Assembly (NCBI RefSeq): GCF_009914755.1
Contig: NC_060939.1
From: the human T2T-CHM13v2.0 reference genome, Homo sapiens
Length of the DNA: 64,000 nt
Direction: 5' to 3' (one strand)
Every line of letters begins with the position of its first letter. Position 1 is the stretch's first letter. A program made the translations under genes and the position numbers. The notes beneath the pieces were generated by a model. That model made no database searches. It was given only the letters and a program-made list of their open reading frames with translations, and was not told the origin of the DNA. Positions 46,700 to 62,355 of the stretch are shown here, piece after piece.

Positions 46700-47445
46700 A
46701 AGGCTTTGTGGGCAAGAGTTGTAAATCCAGAATCAAACTACTTCTCATCATTGGTCTAAGCTACCATCATCTCTTGACAGGGTTATTACAATCACCTCTT
46801 ATCTCCATGATTCCATAACAGCTCCTCTCCAATCTATTCTACACCAAACCACTAAAAAGATCTTTTAAAATATCAGTCATATTTCATCCCTCTGCTCAAA
46901 ACCCTACAATGGCTTCTCATCTCATCAATGTGTGAGTCCAAAGTGCTTACAAAGGTCCTACAAGGTCCTCCATTTTCACCCCTAACCTCCACTTCTCTCA
47001 CCCTGTTTCCCATACATTCTCCTCCCTGGTTTAACTGTGCTGGTTAAGCTGACCTCCTTACTCTTGCTGGAATACACACAGTTCCCTCCACAAGGAATAC
47101 TCTTACCCCAGATGTAAACATTGCTCTCTTCCTCCCTAACTTTCTTCAGGTCTTTATTCAAATATTTTTCAGACACTTCCCTGACCTATGGTATATAAAA
47201 CGGCATTCTCTCCCTTTCCCTCCCTTGGTGCACCTTATCACCCTACTCTGTTATATTTTTCTCCAATTATCACCAACTGACAAATTATTTGTTCACTGTT
47301 CTCTCTCTACTAACTAGAATGTAAGTTCCATGAAGGCAAAGAAATGACCTGTTTTGTTTTTTCCTCACTCAGTGCTCTATCTCTTGGTTCCAAAACAATT
47401 CCTGGGATACAGTAGGTACTAAGTATTTGTGAGTGAATGGCTGAG
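46700..47445 (+). mobile_element. L2 3' portion
   Basis: CTCTGCTCAAAACCCTACAATGGCTT; ACTAGAATGTAAGTTCCATGAAGGCA; AGTAGGTACTAAGTATTTGTGAGTGAATG. Confidence 0.8.
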
Positions 47446-47575
47446 TAATTAGGATCAAAGTATATCTAAAATTTACACTCAACTTTTGTCATTTACTATT
47501 AGCATTCCTAATTATTGCATAGCATTCCATTATAGACATATACTATGTAGTACATTGAATCAATTTTCTATTTTA

Positions 47576-47891
47576 TTATGTTTAAAATTTTTACTTATTT
47601 ATTTATTTTGAGACGAAGTCTTGCTCTGCTGCCCAGGCTGAAGTGTAGTGGCATGATCTTGGCTCACTGCAACCTCCGCTTCCTGGGCGCAACTGATTCT
47701 CATGCCTTGGACTCCCCAATAGCTGGGACTACAGGCATGTGCCACCACGCCCAGCTAATTTTTGTATTTTTAGTACAGACAGGGTTTTGCCATGTTGGCC
47801 AGGCTGGTCTCGAACTCCTGACCTCAGGTGATCCACCTGCCTCGGCCTCCCAAAGTGCTGGGATTACAGGCATGAGCCACCATGCCTGGAC
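47576..47891 (-). mobile_element. AluSx-like
   Basis: TSD AATTTTCTATTTTA. Confidence 0.94.
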
Positions 47892-48064
47892 AATTTTCTA
47901 TTTTAACTATTTAGGTTGTTTCTACATTTACTGTATCATAAATATCCTTGTATACACAGAATATCTTTGAAATACATGTCTTCCTGCACAGCTCTGATAA
48001 TTTCTCTAGGATAAATTATTTTAAGTACAATTGTTGGATCAAAAAGTATTTAGATCATGAATGC

Positions 48065-48378
48065 TTTTATTTATTTATTTACTTACTTATTTTTTTTGAG
48101 ATGGAGTCTCATTCTGTCGCCCAGGCTGGAGTCAGTGGCACGATCTCAGCTCACTGCAACCTCCGCCTCCTGGGTCCAAGCAATTCTCCTGCCTCAGCCT
48201 CCTGAGTAGCGTGGGACTACAGGCTCGTGCCACCGCGCCCAGCTAATTTTTGTATTTTTAGTAGAGACAGGGTCTCACCATATTGGCCAGGCTGGTCTTG
48301 AACTCCTGACCTTGTGATCTGCCTGCCTTGGCCTCCCAAAGTGCTGGGATTACAGGCATAAGCCACTGTGCCCAGCAC
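48065..48378 (-). mobile_element. AluS (Sg-like)
   Basis: TSD TGAATGCTTTT. Confidence 0.94.
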
Positions 48379-48416
48379 TCTGAATGCTTTTAATACATTT
48401 TCTAAACTGCTCTAGA

Positions 48417-48613
48417 GGCTGGGCGAGGTGGCTCACACCTGTAATCCCAGCACTTTGGGATGCTGAGCCGGGCGGATCACTTGAGGTCAGGAGTTCAAAA
48501 CCAGCCTGGCCAACATGGCGAAACTGTCTCTACTAAAAATACGCCACTGCATTCCAGCCTGGGTGACACAGCAAGACTCCATCTCAAAAAAATATAAAAA
48601 TAAATTTAAAAAT
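48417..48613 (+). mobile_element. AluS with most of the right arm deleted
   Basis: TACTAAAAATAC joins directly to GCCACTGCATTCCAGCC. Confidence 0.9.
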
Positions 48614-48779
48614 AAGTTGCTTTAGAGAATAGCTAGTAATATAAGCTTACATTTCTCCTCACTAACAATGCATATGTGAGTCCTTTTTTGACAAAACACA
48701 AAAAGTTGATTTTTTTCCCCCTGAAACTAAACAGGAATACCTGGTCACCATATATTTTTTGTTTGTTGAAAAATTTTTT

Positions 48780-49109
<330 letters not shown>

Positions 49110-49190
49110 TTATTAGTTAATGGACAGTGGTTGTTTCCAAGCACCCTGTCCCATGGTGGCATTATCATTTTTAAAAGCTTTACCAATCTG

Positions 49191-49393
49191 GTAGATTTTA
49201 AAAGGTACTTCATTTTTTTTTAACGGTACCTTATTATTTTCCATTTCTTTGTTTACTAATGAGTTTGAGGATGCTTTCCCACATTTATCAGTAGATTTTA
49301 AAAGGCACTTCATTTTTTTTAATGGTACCTTATTGTTTTATTATCCATTTCTTTGTTTACTAATGAGATTGATGATGCTTTCCCACATTTATT
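49191..49393. repeat. Two-unit ~100-bp tandem duplication within an old L1ME fragment
   Basis: Units start GTAGATTTTAAAAGG at 49191 and 49291. Confidence 0.92.
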
Positions 49394-49604
49394 GGTTGAT
49401 TTTGTTTTCCATGACAAACTGCCCTATTCATGACTGCTCCTTTTCCTATTCAGGCATTCATTTCTTATTGACTTATAAGTGCTCTTCATACATTAAAGGT
49501 GTTAAATTTTTATCACATGGCATAAATATTCCTTCATATTTGACATTTGCCTTTCAATTTTGTTGATGGTATTTGATACATAATTTTTTGTGCAACTAAA
49601 ACAC

Positions 49605-49745
49605 TTTATTTATTTATTTATTTATTTATAGCAAAGAGGTCTCACTTTATTGCTCAGGCTGGTCTTGAACTCCTAGGCTCAAGCCATCCTCCTTTCTCAG
49701 CCTCCTAAAGTGCTGGGATTACAGGCACGAGCCACTGTGCCGGAT
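49605..49745 (-). mobile_element. FLAM / AluJ left monomer
   Basis: Single Alu monomer with a (TTTA)n tail. Confidence 0.85.
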
Positions 49746-51950
49746 TCAATCACTTTTTGTGTGTTATTATTTGTTTAATTTTGCATTTAGAAGAGCACTT
49801 CTATATACAACCAACATGCTATCAAGTTAGAAACCAATGGTGGTTTTGTGGTTTCTAACTGAGTAGAAGTCTGGGTATTTTTTCTTCTTTTTGCTTGTAT
49901 ATTTCTTTTCTCTAACAACTATATAAGCTTATCTAAGAATAAATATTTTCTTAAACATTAAAAATAGAAAATAATTTCTCCACTACTTGATTATATATTT
50001 ACACACACACATTTCCTTATGTTTTTATTCTATTTTAAAATGTTTTCATTATTTTAACCATCTGAAATCTTAGCTCATGGCATGAAGTACAACTCTAGTT
50101 TTATATTCTTGTGATAATTTTAAGTCAATATTCTTACCACTTTTGTTTACTAATTCATTCTCCTAATGAATTGAAATGGCTTCACTATCATACATTAATC
50201 TGTATTATTTTAGGACTCTACCTTGTTCCATTCTTAGTCAATATCATATGGTTTTAATCATTGCAGATTTATAAAAATCTTCTAATATATGGTGGTGCAA
50301 TTCCAACTTCATAATGCTACTCCTTCAAAAATTTTCTTTTAAACTTATTCTACAACAATTTCAGACCAATTTTGTTAAATTTCCCTATTTCATCCCACTT
50401 CTGAATCAAAAATGTTAATTAGATTTTGATTAGAATTGCATCAAATTCATAGATTTGGGAAGAATTAATATAAGACTGAGTCCTGCTTATTAGAAACATG
50501 TTTAATCTCTGTACTTATTCAACTCTCTTTATGTTATCCTGTAAGGTTTTTAAAAAATAATTTGTACTTGTTTTATCGTTTCTAAATACTTAAGAGATTT
50601 TTTTTCTCCATTGTAGTTTCCAACTAGGTATTCCTTGAATATTGAGAAAGTACTGACTTCAGTACATTTAGACGTAACTAACCACATAATTTTAGTTCAA
50701 ATAGGCTTTCAGGTAATTTTCCTAGATTTTCTGGTAGATCACTTGTGCATAATAGTAATGCTGTCTTCTCTTTTGAAATGACTGCCCAACCATGTAGTGT
50801 TTCTGGTCCTGACACCAGAAGGAAGGCCTTTTATTATTCCAGGAAGAAGAAATATTTTCCAGATGAAGGTCTCCCATCTTGCCAGGCTTCTACTTGTACC
50901 TGCTTATCCTTGTTTCCGAGAAGTAGAGGAGATTTAGTCAGATTTATTCAGCATCTCTTCCACTCACGACCCAGGCAGTTTGCTCTTTCATGCGAGAATT
51001 TATGGGTTGGTTCTCTATACCTCCATCAACTCGGTTCCTTTCATATTGTCTCTAGCATAAATGCCTACAATTACGAAAAGTCCAGCAGGAAATATTTTCA
51101 TATTTTTATTTGTATTACTTTTGGATCAGCATCATTTCCATCTATTTTTTTAACAATGTGTGTGCTACATCTCTCTCTTTCTGATATTCTTGCTGTTTGT
51201 ACAATACATTTTATCTCCTGACCTGTCTTCCTTTTGTCTTATTTTGTCATTTTGATTTATTTTTGTAGTGTCTAATTTGCTATTCACTGCATCCAGAGAT
51301 TTTAATTTGGCAACTGTATTTTCATGCCTTCAGAATCCTGTCAGATTGCTTCCTTTTTATTACTGATATCCAGCTTCCCCAGGTTTAATGACTAAACCTT
51401 TTTGAGAACACAAATCTCAACAGATTGCTAGTTGAGCTATCCAGCAATCTGAACAGGGTTTGAGGCAGGAGGGTTGGTAGCTGGGAACTTAGTGACTAGG
51501 CCACCTATGTGGACAGGTTTCTTCTAGGGAGGTGCTATAAGCAAACTCTAGATCTATAAACAGTGTTCACAAATGCTTCTGGTCAAAGAGCCAAGAGAGG
51601 GATTTAAACACTGTGCTTTGTAGGAACATGCATTAAGTTTACTGTCCCTCCCAACTTAAGAGTCCTCTCTCAGAAAGATTCTCCTTGAGGGGCTCCTCCT
51701 CAATTACTTCTTTCATTCCAGGACCATAAGCAATGCTGCCTAACAAAGATTATTCTGGGTTTTCTGGCATGAGTGGCATTAAGCTCTAGCTTCTAATACA
51801 CATGCAGTGTTTTTCCCATTCATCTATGTATCTAGTGGTCTTTTTAATGGAAATTTAGATGGGTGAAGATAGGAAACTTTTTTTTCTGCTATTTTGCCCA
51901 ATACTGTTGTCTGTATTCTTATCACTATACATCACGTTGATGCTTACTAC

Positions 51951-52252
51951 TTTGTTTCAAGAGACAGGGTCTGGCTTGTTGCCCAGGTTGGATCACAGTG
52001 ACATGATCATAGCTCACTGCAGCCATGAAGTCTGGGCTTAAGCGAACCGCCTGACACAGCCTCCTGAGTATCTAGGACTACAGGCGTGCACTACCACATG
52101 CAGCTAATTTTTTGCTGCTGTTGTAAAGACAGGGTCTTGCCCAGGCTGACCCATGTTGCCCAGGCTGGTCTCAAACTACTGACCTCAAATAATCCTCCCA
52201 CTTCAGCCTCCCAAAGTGCTCAGATTACAGGTGTGAGTCACTGTACACAGCC
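51951..52252 (-). mobile_element. AluJ
   Basis: ATCATAGCTCACTGCAGCC diagnostic; TSD CTTACTACTTT / CTCACTACTTT. Confidence 0.9.
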
Positions 52253-55200
52253 CTCTCACTACTTTTAATTAATCCATGCTTCTAGGTAATGGTTTCCAAT
52301 CTCCATTTTACCAATTCAAAGAGACTTGACAACATGCCATCCTTCCCACCCCAATCATTGCACTTCAGGAAACAAATGCCACAATAAGAACACCTATCTC
52401 TTTCTGGGAAATCTTTTACCAGGTTAGGTATAATGATGGACTAGTAGGACTCCAAATGGTCAGAGTTAATAGACCCAGGTATCTCTGTGTCTTAATTTTT
52501 GAAGGTAAGATAACAAGAATAACAGTGCCATTAAAAGACTGCTATGAAAGACTAAACAGTGAGTGCCAACTTCTCTGAGATGAAGCAAAGGGGTCTCTCC
52601 AAAAGACAGATGAGCACAAGACCTGCACCTACTTGTTCTACAACCACAGAGCTTCAGGGGCAGAGAATCAGCCTCATTCATGTTTGCATTCCAAGAACCA
52701 CAATGGGCACAAAGAATCTAATCATTTACATCTTGCAGAACTAAACTGTCCACATGGCTGGTAGGCAGAGTTACTTGCAACGAGGGCTCACCCTCATATT
52801 CTCTCACCAAAAAGCTCTCATTATAGAGACGTTTACTAGGAACCAAGGCAGCTTTTCCACTCAGGAGTCCCTTCTGAGTGAGGGGTTAATGGTAACCTAC
52901 TTTGGTTTTATATTATTCACACATAAATAATTTGGCCGTTTGCTAATCATGTCTATAAAAGCAGCTCTTCAGTTGCTTGTTGCTTGTTGCCCACATGAAA
53001 TATAGAGTCTGTGAATCCTCATGCACTGCTCAAAGCAGTAAAAACTATCTAGTCATCCTACAGAGCAATCTGGCAATACCTGGTGAACTTAATAATGGAC
53101 ATCCAACAACAGATCAATCACATTCTTGATTATATACCTCTATAAAATAAAATGAAGATTATCACTGCAACATTATTAACGGCACATGGAGTTGAATACA
53201 CCCAAGTGCCATCAGAAAAATGTATAAATAAGACAAATACACAGTATACATGGATAAGAGTGTGTACATGATATAATACTGTATAGCAGTCAGAAGTAAT
53301 GAACCAGAATTGCATATAGCAACAAAAATAGATTGTTTAAATATAGGGCTAAATGAAAAAAAAAAAGAATAAAATGGGATGTACAGACCAAGGCCATTTG
53401 TGAAAATTAATAACCTATATATATATGTACTAAACACTATATAATATTTTCCAAAGATATAGAAATATCCAAAGACATAAATTAACTAGATTATAGTAGG
53501 TGTTTATGGAGGAAACAGAATGAGTAAAGATAGGAAAAAGAGAAGACAACAAAGTAACCAATCAAGATGCGGGGCTAGCCCTCAAGATGCCAACAGTAAG
53601 AAGCATCATTATAACCTACCTGTGCCCATGAAGTTTGAGAAGCAGGTAGAGGAGTAAAAGAAGTCCAAATAAACTCAGCCAAGACAAGATAATACAGACA
53701 TGAAAGCTCCACTAGGGAAAAAAAAAAGGTTCTAAGTATGCCAAGACAAGAAGTTTATTTTGAAAGGTGCCAGGAATGGTATTTCATTTATTTGAGAGGA
53801 GAAACCATCAGTGAATATTTATTTTAAAAATCAAGAAATAATCATTGAAGATTATAATAATGTAAAGTAACTACATGATCAAACTAAGAATTTGATGATT
53901 TCTCTGAAATTAATAGGTCTGTAACATCATCCAGAGATTAATCTGAATTCATCATCCTGACATACAAAGATCCTGAACACAAAATACCAAACAGAAGATA
54001 AGATGTAGTCTGGCAGAGATTCCACACCAACAGAATTTTTAACTTTCACTTACCTCAGAGATATGCTACAAAACCTTTACCATGGATTAATTCCCATGAA
54101 TGAGATGAAATCTAAAACCATGGCATATGCAAAAAATTAACCCGGAAAAGTCATTTGTCAGTAACCCTTTATTATTATAGCACAGTTATGAACATAGTGT
54201 CACTAGAAGAAGAGCTGGGGAGACAAAATCTGGAACACATTTTATACTTGAGGAAGACAGAATGGAAAACGCTACTTTAGCGTTTCATGCAATAGAGCTA
54301 AGAAGAGCAAGGACTTAAGAAAAAAATCAATTCCCTTGTCATATTAGTCTGTTCTCATTAAATTACAGCTAAATCTGTCAATAATTTGGGGGTGCTGATA
54401 GAAAAAAATAATCTGAATTGGAAGTACCATCATACCACTTTCTGGAACCTATAATAAATTATCTTGAGGTAAAAAGAGGTCATTATTTTTCAAATGTGTA
54501 AAGCAGTAAAAATTTGAGCTTTTTTAGCTATTGGACTCAAACTGTATACCAATGAAAGGGTAAATAAGCAATGATAATCAAATCAGCAGTGACAGATTAG
54601 CATGGACAATTAATACAGCAGACAATGGGAGTAGCCTTCTCTAAAGACTGCAATCCTGTATGGTTCAGATTTAATTTAGGCCACAGAAGATTCTGCAAAC
54701 ATCTGCTTTTGCTGGATGAAACTTGCTGCATTCATCAGCATAAATAATTAGGTTCAACTCATCCCATCCCAAGCAAAATCAAGTCACTTTCCTCTTGCTG
54801 AGGGAGGAAGCTATGCCTTTACCTCCACCTTGAATTGCACAGATTATCTGATGAAATCTATAAATTGTGCTCTCAGAAACTGATGCTTAAAGAAAATCTG
54901 TGACTTTGAAAGAGCCCCAGAAAGAAATCTACAAAAGGTACACTCCCCAACTAACAGCACATTTTGTAAAAATTAAGTATTTCTACAATAGCTTCTGTTG
55001 AGTATTCTTAACAGACTAGCTATGGAACAGCATATTAACAATCTAATCTCAATTGTATATACATTCTAAAAAACATACACCACATGAAAAATCTTTAAAA
55101 AAAAAAAAATATATATATATATATGTATCTAGCTATTTAGAACCAATTTAGTAAGGCTCTACAAAATGAATCCCACAATAAAATTTAAAGATATGTCTTT

Positions 55201-55577
55201 AAAGGATTGAAAAACTTAACCTTCAGGTCAGAACTAAATCATAGTAAATTCCAGAAAACCATGCATTTCTATCTAAGCTAATGTAAGAAACCATGATAAA
55301 ATTAACACTTATAGTAAATTGATTATTTAACATTAAATTGCTTTAAATTAAAATGTTTTTCCTTATAGTAAAAAAGTGTCTAAATCTCAAAAACAATGCT
55401 GAATTTTGAAATAAACAAGTTGCAGAAATACATGTAATGTTAAGATGAAATTTTAAAATTTGTAAATTGGTTATTTCTGAGAAGGGGAGAGGGATGAGAT
55501 AAGGAGGAATTCACAAGGGAGGGTCTCAACTGCATTGATTTTACAATCTGTAGATTAATAAGGTAAAATGTTAAGAC

Positions 55578-55830
55578 TTTTTTTTTTTTTTTTAAACGGT
55601 CTCATTATGTCGCCCAGGCTTGAGTATGGTACTGCAATCATGCCTCACTGCAGCCTCAACCTCCTGGGCTCAGGTGATCCTACCATCTCAGCCTGCGGGG
55701 TAGCTGGGACTAAAAGCACATGCCACCACACCCAGCTAGTTTTTTTGTAGATATGGGGTTTCATCATGTTGCCCAGGCTGGTCTAGAGCTCCTGGGCTCA
55801 AGCAATCCACTGCCTTAGCCTCCCTAAAAG
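55578..55830 (-). mobile_element. AluJ, 5'-truncated
   Basis: AluJ arms; TSD TAAGACTT. Confidence 0.9.
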
Positions 55831-57416
55831 TAAGACTTGATAAAGCCATTTGGTAAGTACTTTAGATACAGGTCATTATATTAGTGTTTATATCTAATTG
55901 TATGTTCTAAATATTTTATAATTTTAAAAATGTAAAACAAAATTCACACAAAATTAAATTCATACATAATTAACTCAAAATGGATTATACACCTAAATAT
56001 AAAACATAAAACTATAAACATTTTACAAGGTAACACAGAAAAACATCTAGGTGACTTAGGTTTGACAATGACTTCTTAGATTCAACACCAAAAGCACTAT
56101 CCAAGAAAAACAAACTGGTAAGTTGGACATCATTAAAACTTCTGCTCTGAAAAAGACATTGTTAATGAAAAGACAAGTCACATACTGAGAGAAAATATTT
56201 GCAAAAGACATATCTGAAATCAGGATGTTATCTAAAATATACATAGAACTCAAACTCCACATTAAGAAAACAATCTGATTAAAAAGTGGGCCAGTGATCT
56301 GAGCAGACACCTCGTCAAAGAAGATACATATATGAAAAATAAGCATATGTTAAGAGGCTCAATATCATATATTATTAGGGAACTGCAAATTAAAACAATG
56401 AGCTACCATAAAATACACTTATTACAATGGCTAAATTCAAAACACAACACCAAATGCTGGCAAAGACATGGGGCAACAGGATCTCTCATTCAGTGTTGCT
56501 GGGAATACAAAATGATGCAGTAACTTCAGAAGATAGTTTGGCAACTTCTCACAAAGTTGAACTTAGTCTCACTGTATGATCCAGCAATTGCATTCTGATT
56601 TGAGAACCAATGTCCACACAAAAACCTGCATGCAAATGTTTATAGAAGTTTTATTTCTTAACTGTGAAAACTTGGAAGCAAACAAGATGTCCTTCAATAG
56701 GTATGGATAAAGTGTATTAAGTCCACTCATTGGGATATTATTCAGGAATAAAAATAAATGAACTATCAAACCATAGAACATACAGGAAGCTTGAACTAAC
56801 ACAGATAAGTGAAAGAAGCCATCTGAAGAGACTACATACTATATAATTCCAACTACATGACAGTCTGAAAATGGCAAACTTATGAAAACAGAAAAGATGA
56901 GTAATTGCCAAGGGTTCAGCGGCGAGGAAGGAGGAATGAATGAATGGAGCACAGATGACTTTTCCAGCAGTGAAAATATTCTGCTTGAATGGAATATCTA
57001 CCATTACCACTGTAATCGCAGATAGATGCTATTATGAATTTGTCAAAACTCATGAAACTATACAATATAAAGAGTGAACCACAGTGTAAATTATAGACTT
57101 TACTTTAAAATAAGGGATCAATATTGGTTCATTAATTGAATGTACCACCATTCTGTTTCAACCATAACAGTGTATATTGTAATTCAATTCTGGCACTAAC
57201 CATCCAGTGTTAGTGTAGACCCTACAAGTTAAAGGGTATGATCCCAAACAATATTGCTCTTTACTTTAGAAACCAGCTGGACTTCAGGAGTCTCCAGACC
57301 ACCTGCACTCTGACCAACTAGCCATAAATTCAGAGGTTTCCATGACTCCCTCAAGTTCAGAAATTGGCCAGAAAGATTTACACAACTCAGGAAAGTACTA
57401 TACTTACAATTATAGC

Positions 57417-57537
57417 TTTTTTTTTTTTTTTAATACAGGGTCTTGCTCTGTCACCAGGCTGGACTGTGGTGGCACAATCACAGATCACTGCAACTCTTGA
57501 TCTCCTGGGCTCAAACAATTCTCCCACCTCAGCCTCT
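57417..57537 (-). mobile_element. AluJ right-arm fragment
   Basis: TSD AATTATAGCTTTT / AATTATAACTTTT. Confidence 0.85.
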
Positions 57538-57555
57538 TAAATTATAACTTTACTA

Positions 57556-58044
<489 letters not shown>

Positions 58045-58865
58045 TCATTAGCCACACGACTGGACTCAAACCCTCCTACTCCCACCAGGTCAGGCTGGCC
58101 TAAAGTCCCAACCTTCTAATCACATGGTTGTTCTTTCTGGTGACAGCTCCCATCTTGAAGCAATCTAGGGGTCCACCATAAGTTACCAAGTTTACATAAC
58201 AAAGATACACCTATCACTTCAGAAATTGCAAGAGTTATAATTTCCATGTAAAAAAGTCTAAGACAAAGACAAGACAAATTATTTATTGTACCACAAGCAT
58301 ATTAATGCAAGATGTTAATAAGGGAAACTGTGTATGGGGATGGGGAGCTCTGTACTGTCTGAAGTGTTTGTAAAAATCTAAAACTGATCTAAAAATTAAG
58401 ACTTTATTTTTTAGAACAGTTTTAGATTTTTACAATAAATAAAATTTAAGAAATAATAATATTACACCTCAATGCAGCTGCATTAAGTTACATTGATTTA
58501 AAGGACTTAAGGGCTTTTAGTAATCTTTATATCTCCTTAGCCCAGCAGTATGCAGAACACAAAACAACCATTTAATGAACAGTTATTGAATGACTGGCTT
58601 CATTTCTTTCATTATGGTAAAAAAAAAAAAAAACACACACACAACATAAAATCTTCACCATCTTTAAGTGTACAATTCAGTAATGTTAAGTATATTCACA
58701 TTGTTGTGAAACACATCTCCAGAACTTTTTTATCATGCAAATCTGAAACTTATACCCATTAAGAATTCCTCTTCCCTCTCCCTTCAGCCCCTGGTATTCT
58801 ACTTTCTGTTTCTATGAATTTGACTACTTCAGATACCTCATATAAGTAGAATCATACAGCATGTC

Positions 58866-59183
<318 letters not shown>

Positions 59184-59941
59184 TGACTGGATTATTTCAC
59201 TTAGCATAATGTCTTCAAGTTCTTCCATGTTGTAGCATGTAACAGGATTTCTTTCCTTTCTAAAGCTAAATAATATCCCACTGTATGTATATACCTCATT
59301 TTGTTTATCCATTCATCTGATGATGGACATCTGGGTACCTTCCACCTCTTGGCTATTATAAATAGTGTTGCTATGAACACGGGTGTGTACATATGTCTTT
59401 GAGAATTTGCTTTCAATGCTTTTGAAAACTTACTCAGCAGTGGCATTGCTGGATCATATGATAGTTCTATTTTTACCTTTTTGAAAAAATGCCATACTGT
59501 TTTCCATAGCAGCTGCACCATTTTATATTCTCGTCAACAACAATGCACAAAGGTTCCAATTTATCCGTGTCCTTGCCAATACTTGTTTTCTGTTTTGTTT
59601 TCTTTTTCCTTTTTCAATAACAGCTATCCTAATAGGTGTAAAGTGGTATATCACTGTGTTTTGATTTGGATTTCCCTAATGATTAATGATGTTGAGCATC
59701 TTTTCATGTGGTCATGACTATTTGTATCTTTGGAGAAATGCCTTTGATCATTTTTTAATTGAATTGTTTGGTTTTTTGTAGTTGTGAGTTATAGGAATTT
59801 TTTTATATTCTGGATATCAATCCCTTATCAGATATGTGATTTGCAAATATTTTCTCCCATTCTTCATAGGTTGTCTTTTCACTCTGTTAATAGTGTCCTT
59901 TGATGCACAAAAGTTTTTAATTTTAGTAAAGTCCAACTTAC

Positions 59942-60239
59942 TTTTTTTTTTTTTTTTTTGAGACGGAGTCTCGCTCCGTTGCTTAGGCTGGAGGGGAGTG
60001 GCACAATCTCGTCTTACTGCAACGTCCACCCCCTGGGTTCAATGATTCTCCTGCCTCAGCCTCCCAAGTAGCTGGGGTTACAGGCACACACCACCATGCC
60101 CGGCTAATTTTTGTATTTTTTATACAGATGGGATTTCACCATGTTGGCCAGGCTAGTCACAAACTCCTGACCTCAACTGATCTGCCAGCCTTGGCCTCCC
60201 AAAGTGCTGGGATTACAGGTGTGAGAAACCGCGCCGGCC
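59942..60239 (-). mobile_element. AluS
   Basis: Full dimer with poly(T). Confidence 0.93.
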
Positions 60240-60551
60240 TTATCTATTTTTTCTTTTGTTACCTGTGCATTTGGTGTTATAACTAAGAAATCACTACAAA
60301 TTCAATGTCATGAGGATTTTCTCCTAGGACTTTTAGTTTTAGCTTTTATGTTTAGGTCTTTGATCAATGTTGGGTTAGTTTTCTGTATGTGGAATAAGGT
60401 AGGACTCCAACTTCATTCTTTTTTCATATGGAAATATAGTTTTACCAGCACGATTCGTTGAAAAGACTGTCCTTTCCTCATTGAATGGTCTCGCCACCCT
60501 TGTTGAAAATCATTTGACTATATAAGCAAGGATTTAGTTCTTGGCTGTCTG

Positions 60552-60848
<297 letters not shown>

Positions 60849-62119
60849 GGCTGTCTGTTTTATTCCACTGGTTTATATATCTGTCTTTATGCCAGTATCA
60901 CACTACTTTGATAACCATAGTTTTTGCAGTAAGTTTTGACATCAGGAAGTGAGAGACCTCCAACTCTGTTCTTCTTTTCAAGATTGTTTTGGCTATTTGC
61001 AGTTCCTTGAGATTCTACACAAATTTTAGGATACATTTTCTATTTTTACAAAGAAGTCATTGGGATTTTGATAGGGATCTAATTGAATCTATAAATTGCT
61101 TTGGGTAGTACTGACATCTTAACAACAGTGTCTTCCAACCCATGAACATGGGCTGTTTCCATTTACTTATGTCTTAATTTCTTTCAGTAATGTTTTGTAC
61201 TTTTCAGTGTTCAGGTCTTCCACCTCCTTGGTTAATTTATTCATAAGTGTTTTATTCTTTTTGATAGAATTGTTTTCTTCATTTCGAAACCATTTTTGGA
61301 TTAGTCATTGTTAATGATTAGAAATACAACTGATATTTGTGTGTTGATTTGTATCCAGAAACTTCGCTGAATTGTTTTAATTCGAACCTGTTTTTATGAA
61401 ATCTTCAGGGTTTTCTACATATAAGATCATGTCATCTGCAAACAGAGATAATTTTACTTCTTCCTTTCTAGTTTGGATAAATTTTTTTTCTTTTTCTAAT
61501 TGTTGTGGCTAGGACTTCCAATACGATGGTGAATATAAGTGGTGAGAGCAGGCATCCTTGCCTTGTCCCTGGATCTTAGAGCAAAACCTTACAGTTTTCC
61601 ACCATTGATTAAGATGTTAGTTGTGGCTTTCCATATATGGCCTACATTATGTTGAGGTAGTTTTCTTCTACTCTTAATTTGTTGAGTGTTTTTTATCGTG
61701 AAAGGGTGTTAAATCTTGTCCAAGGTTTTTTCCGCATCTATTGAGATAGATTGTGTGTTTTTTGCCCTTCATTCAACTGGATAGCTTTGTAAGGCATATC
61801 TCATTCATTCAAAAACAAAACTAATACCCCCATTTTGCATAGTTTCTCTTAATTTTTGTAACAAAACATTTAAAACAGAATTTAGTGACACAAACTCTTT
61901 GAGTTTTATGAAAGACCAGAGGTTCTGAAAAGATAAAAAGGAGATATTGAGTAGAAGGCGGCTTTTAAAGGGAGAACATTGCACAACTAGCTCAGACTGG
62001 GAATTACATCAGATAAAACCTACCAAAAAGGATCAAGGTGAACCAACACTTCATTTGATAACACTGCGGCATACATCAATATACAACCCAGAATTGGTAT
62101 ACTGTTTATATAACACCCA

Positions 62120-62355
62120 TTGATTAATAGCACAGTAGGGAACTTAGAGTTAACAACAATTTACTGTATATTTCAAAATGGCTAAAATAATTTTTTTTGT
62201 ATTCCCAACACACACAAAAAGATAAATGTTTGAGGTGATGGATATCCCAATTACCCTGATTTGATCTTTACACATTGTATACAGGTATTAAAGTATTACA
62301 TGTATCCCCAAAATATGTACAACAATTACATATCAATAAGTAATTTAAAAAAATC
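62120..62355 (+). mobile_element. L1MA 3'-end fragment
   Basis: GATAAATGTTTGAGGTGATGGATATCCCAATTACCCTGATTTGATC..ACATGTATCCCCAAAATATGTACAAC. Confidence 0.85.

Noticed and set aside
50745-51221. 158-aa ORF
   Set aside because: Non-ATG start, no recognisable domain, overlaps degenerate old L1 sequence.
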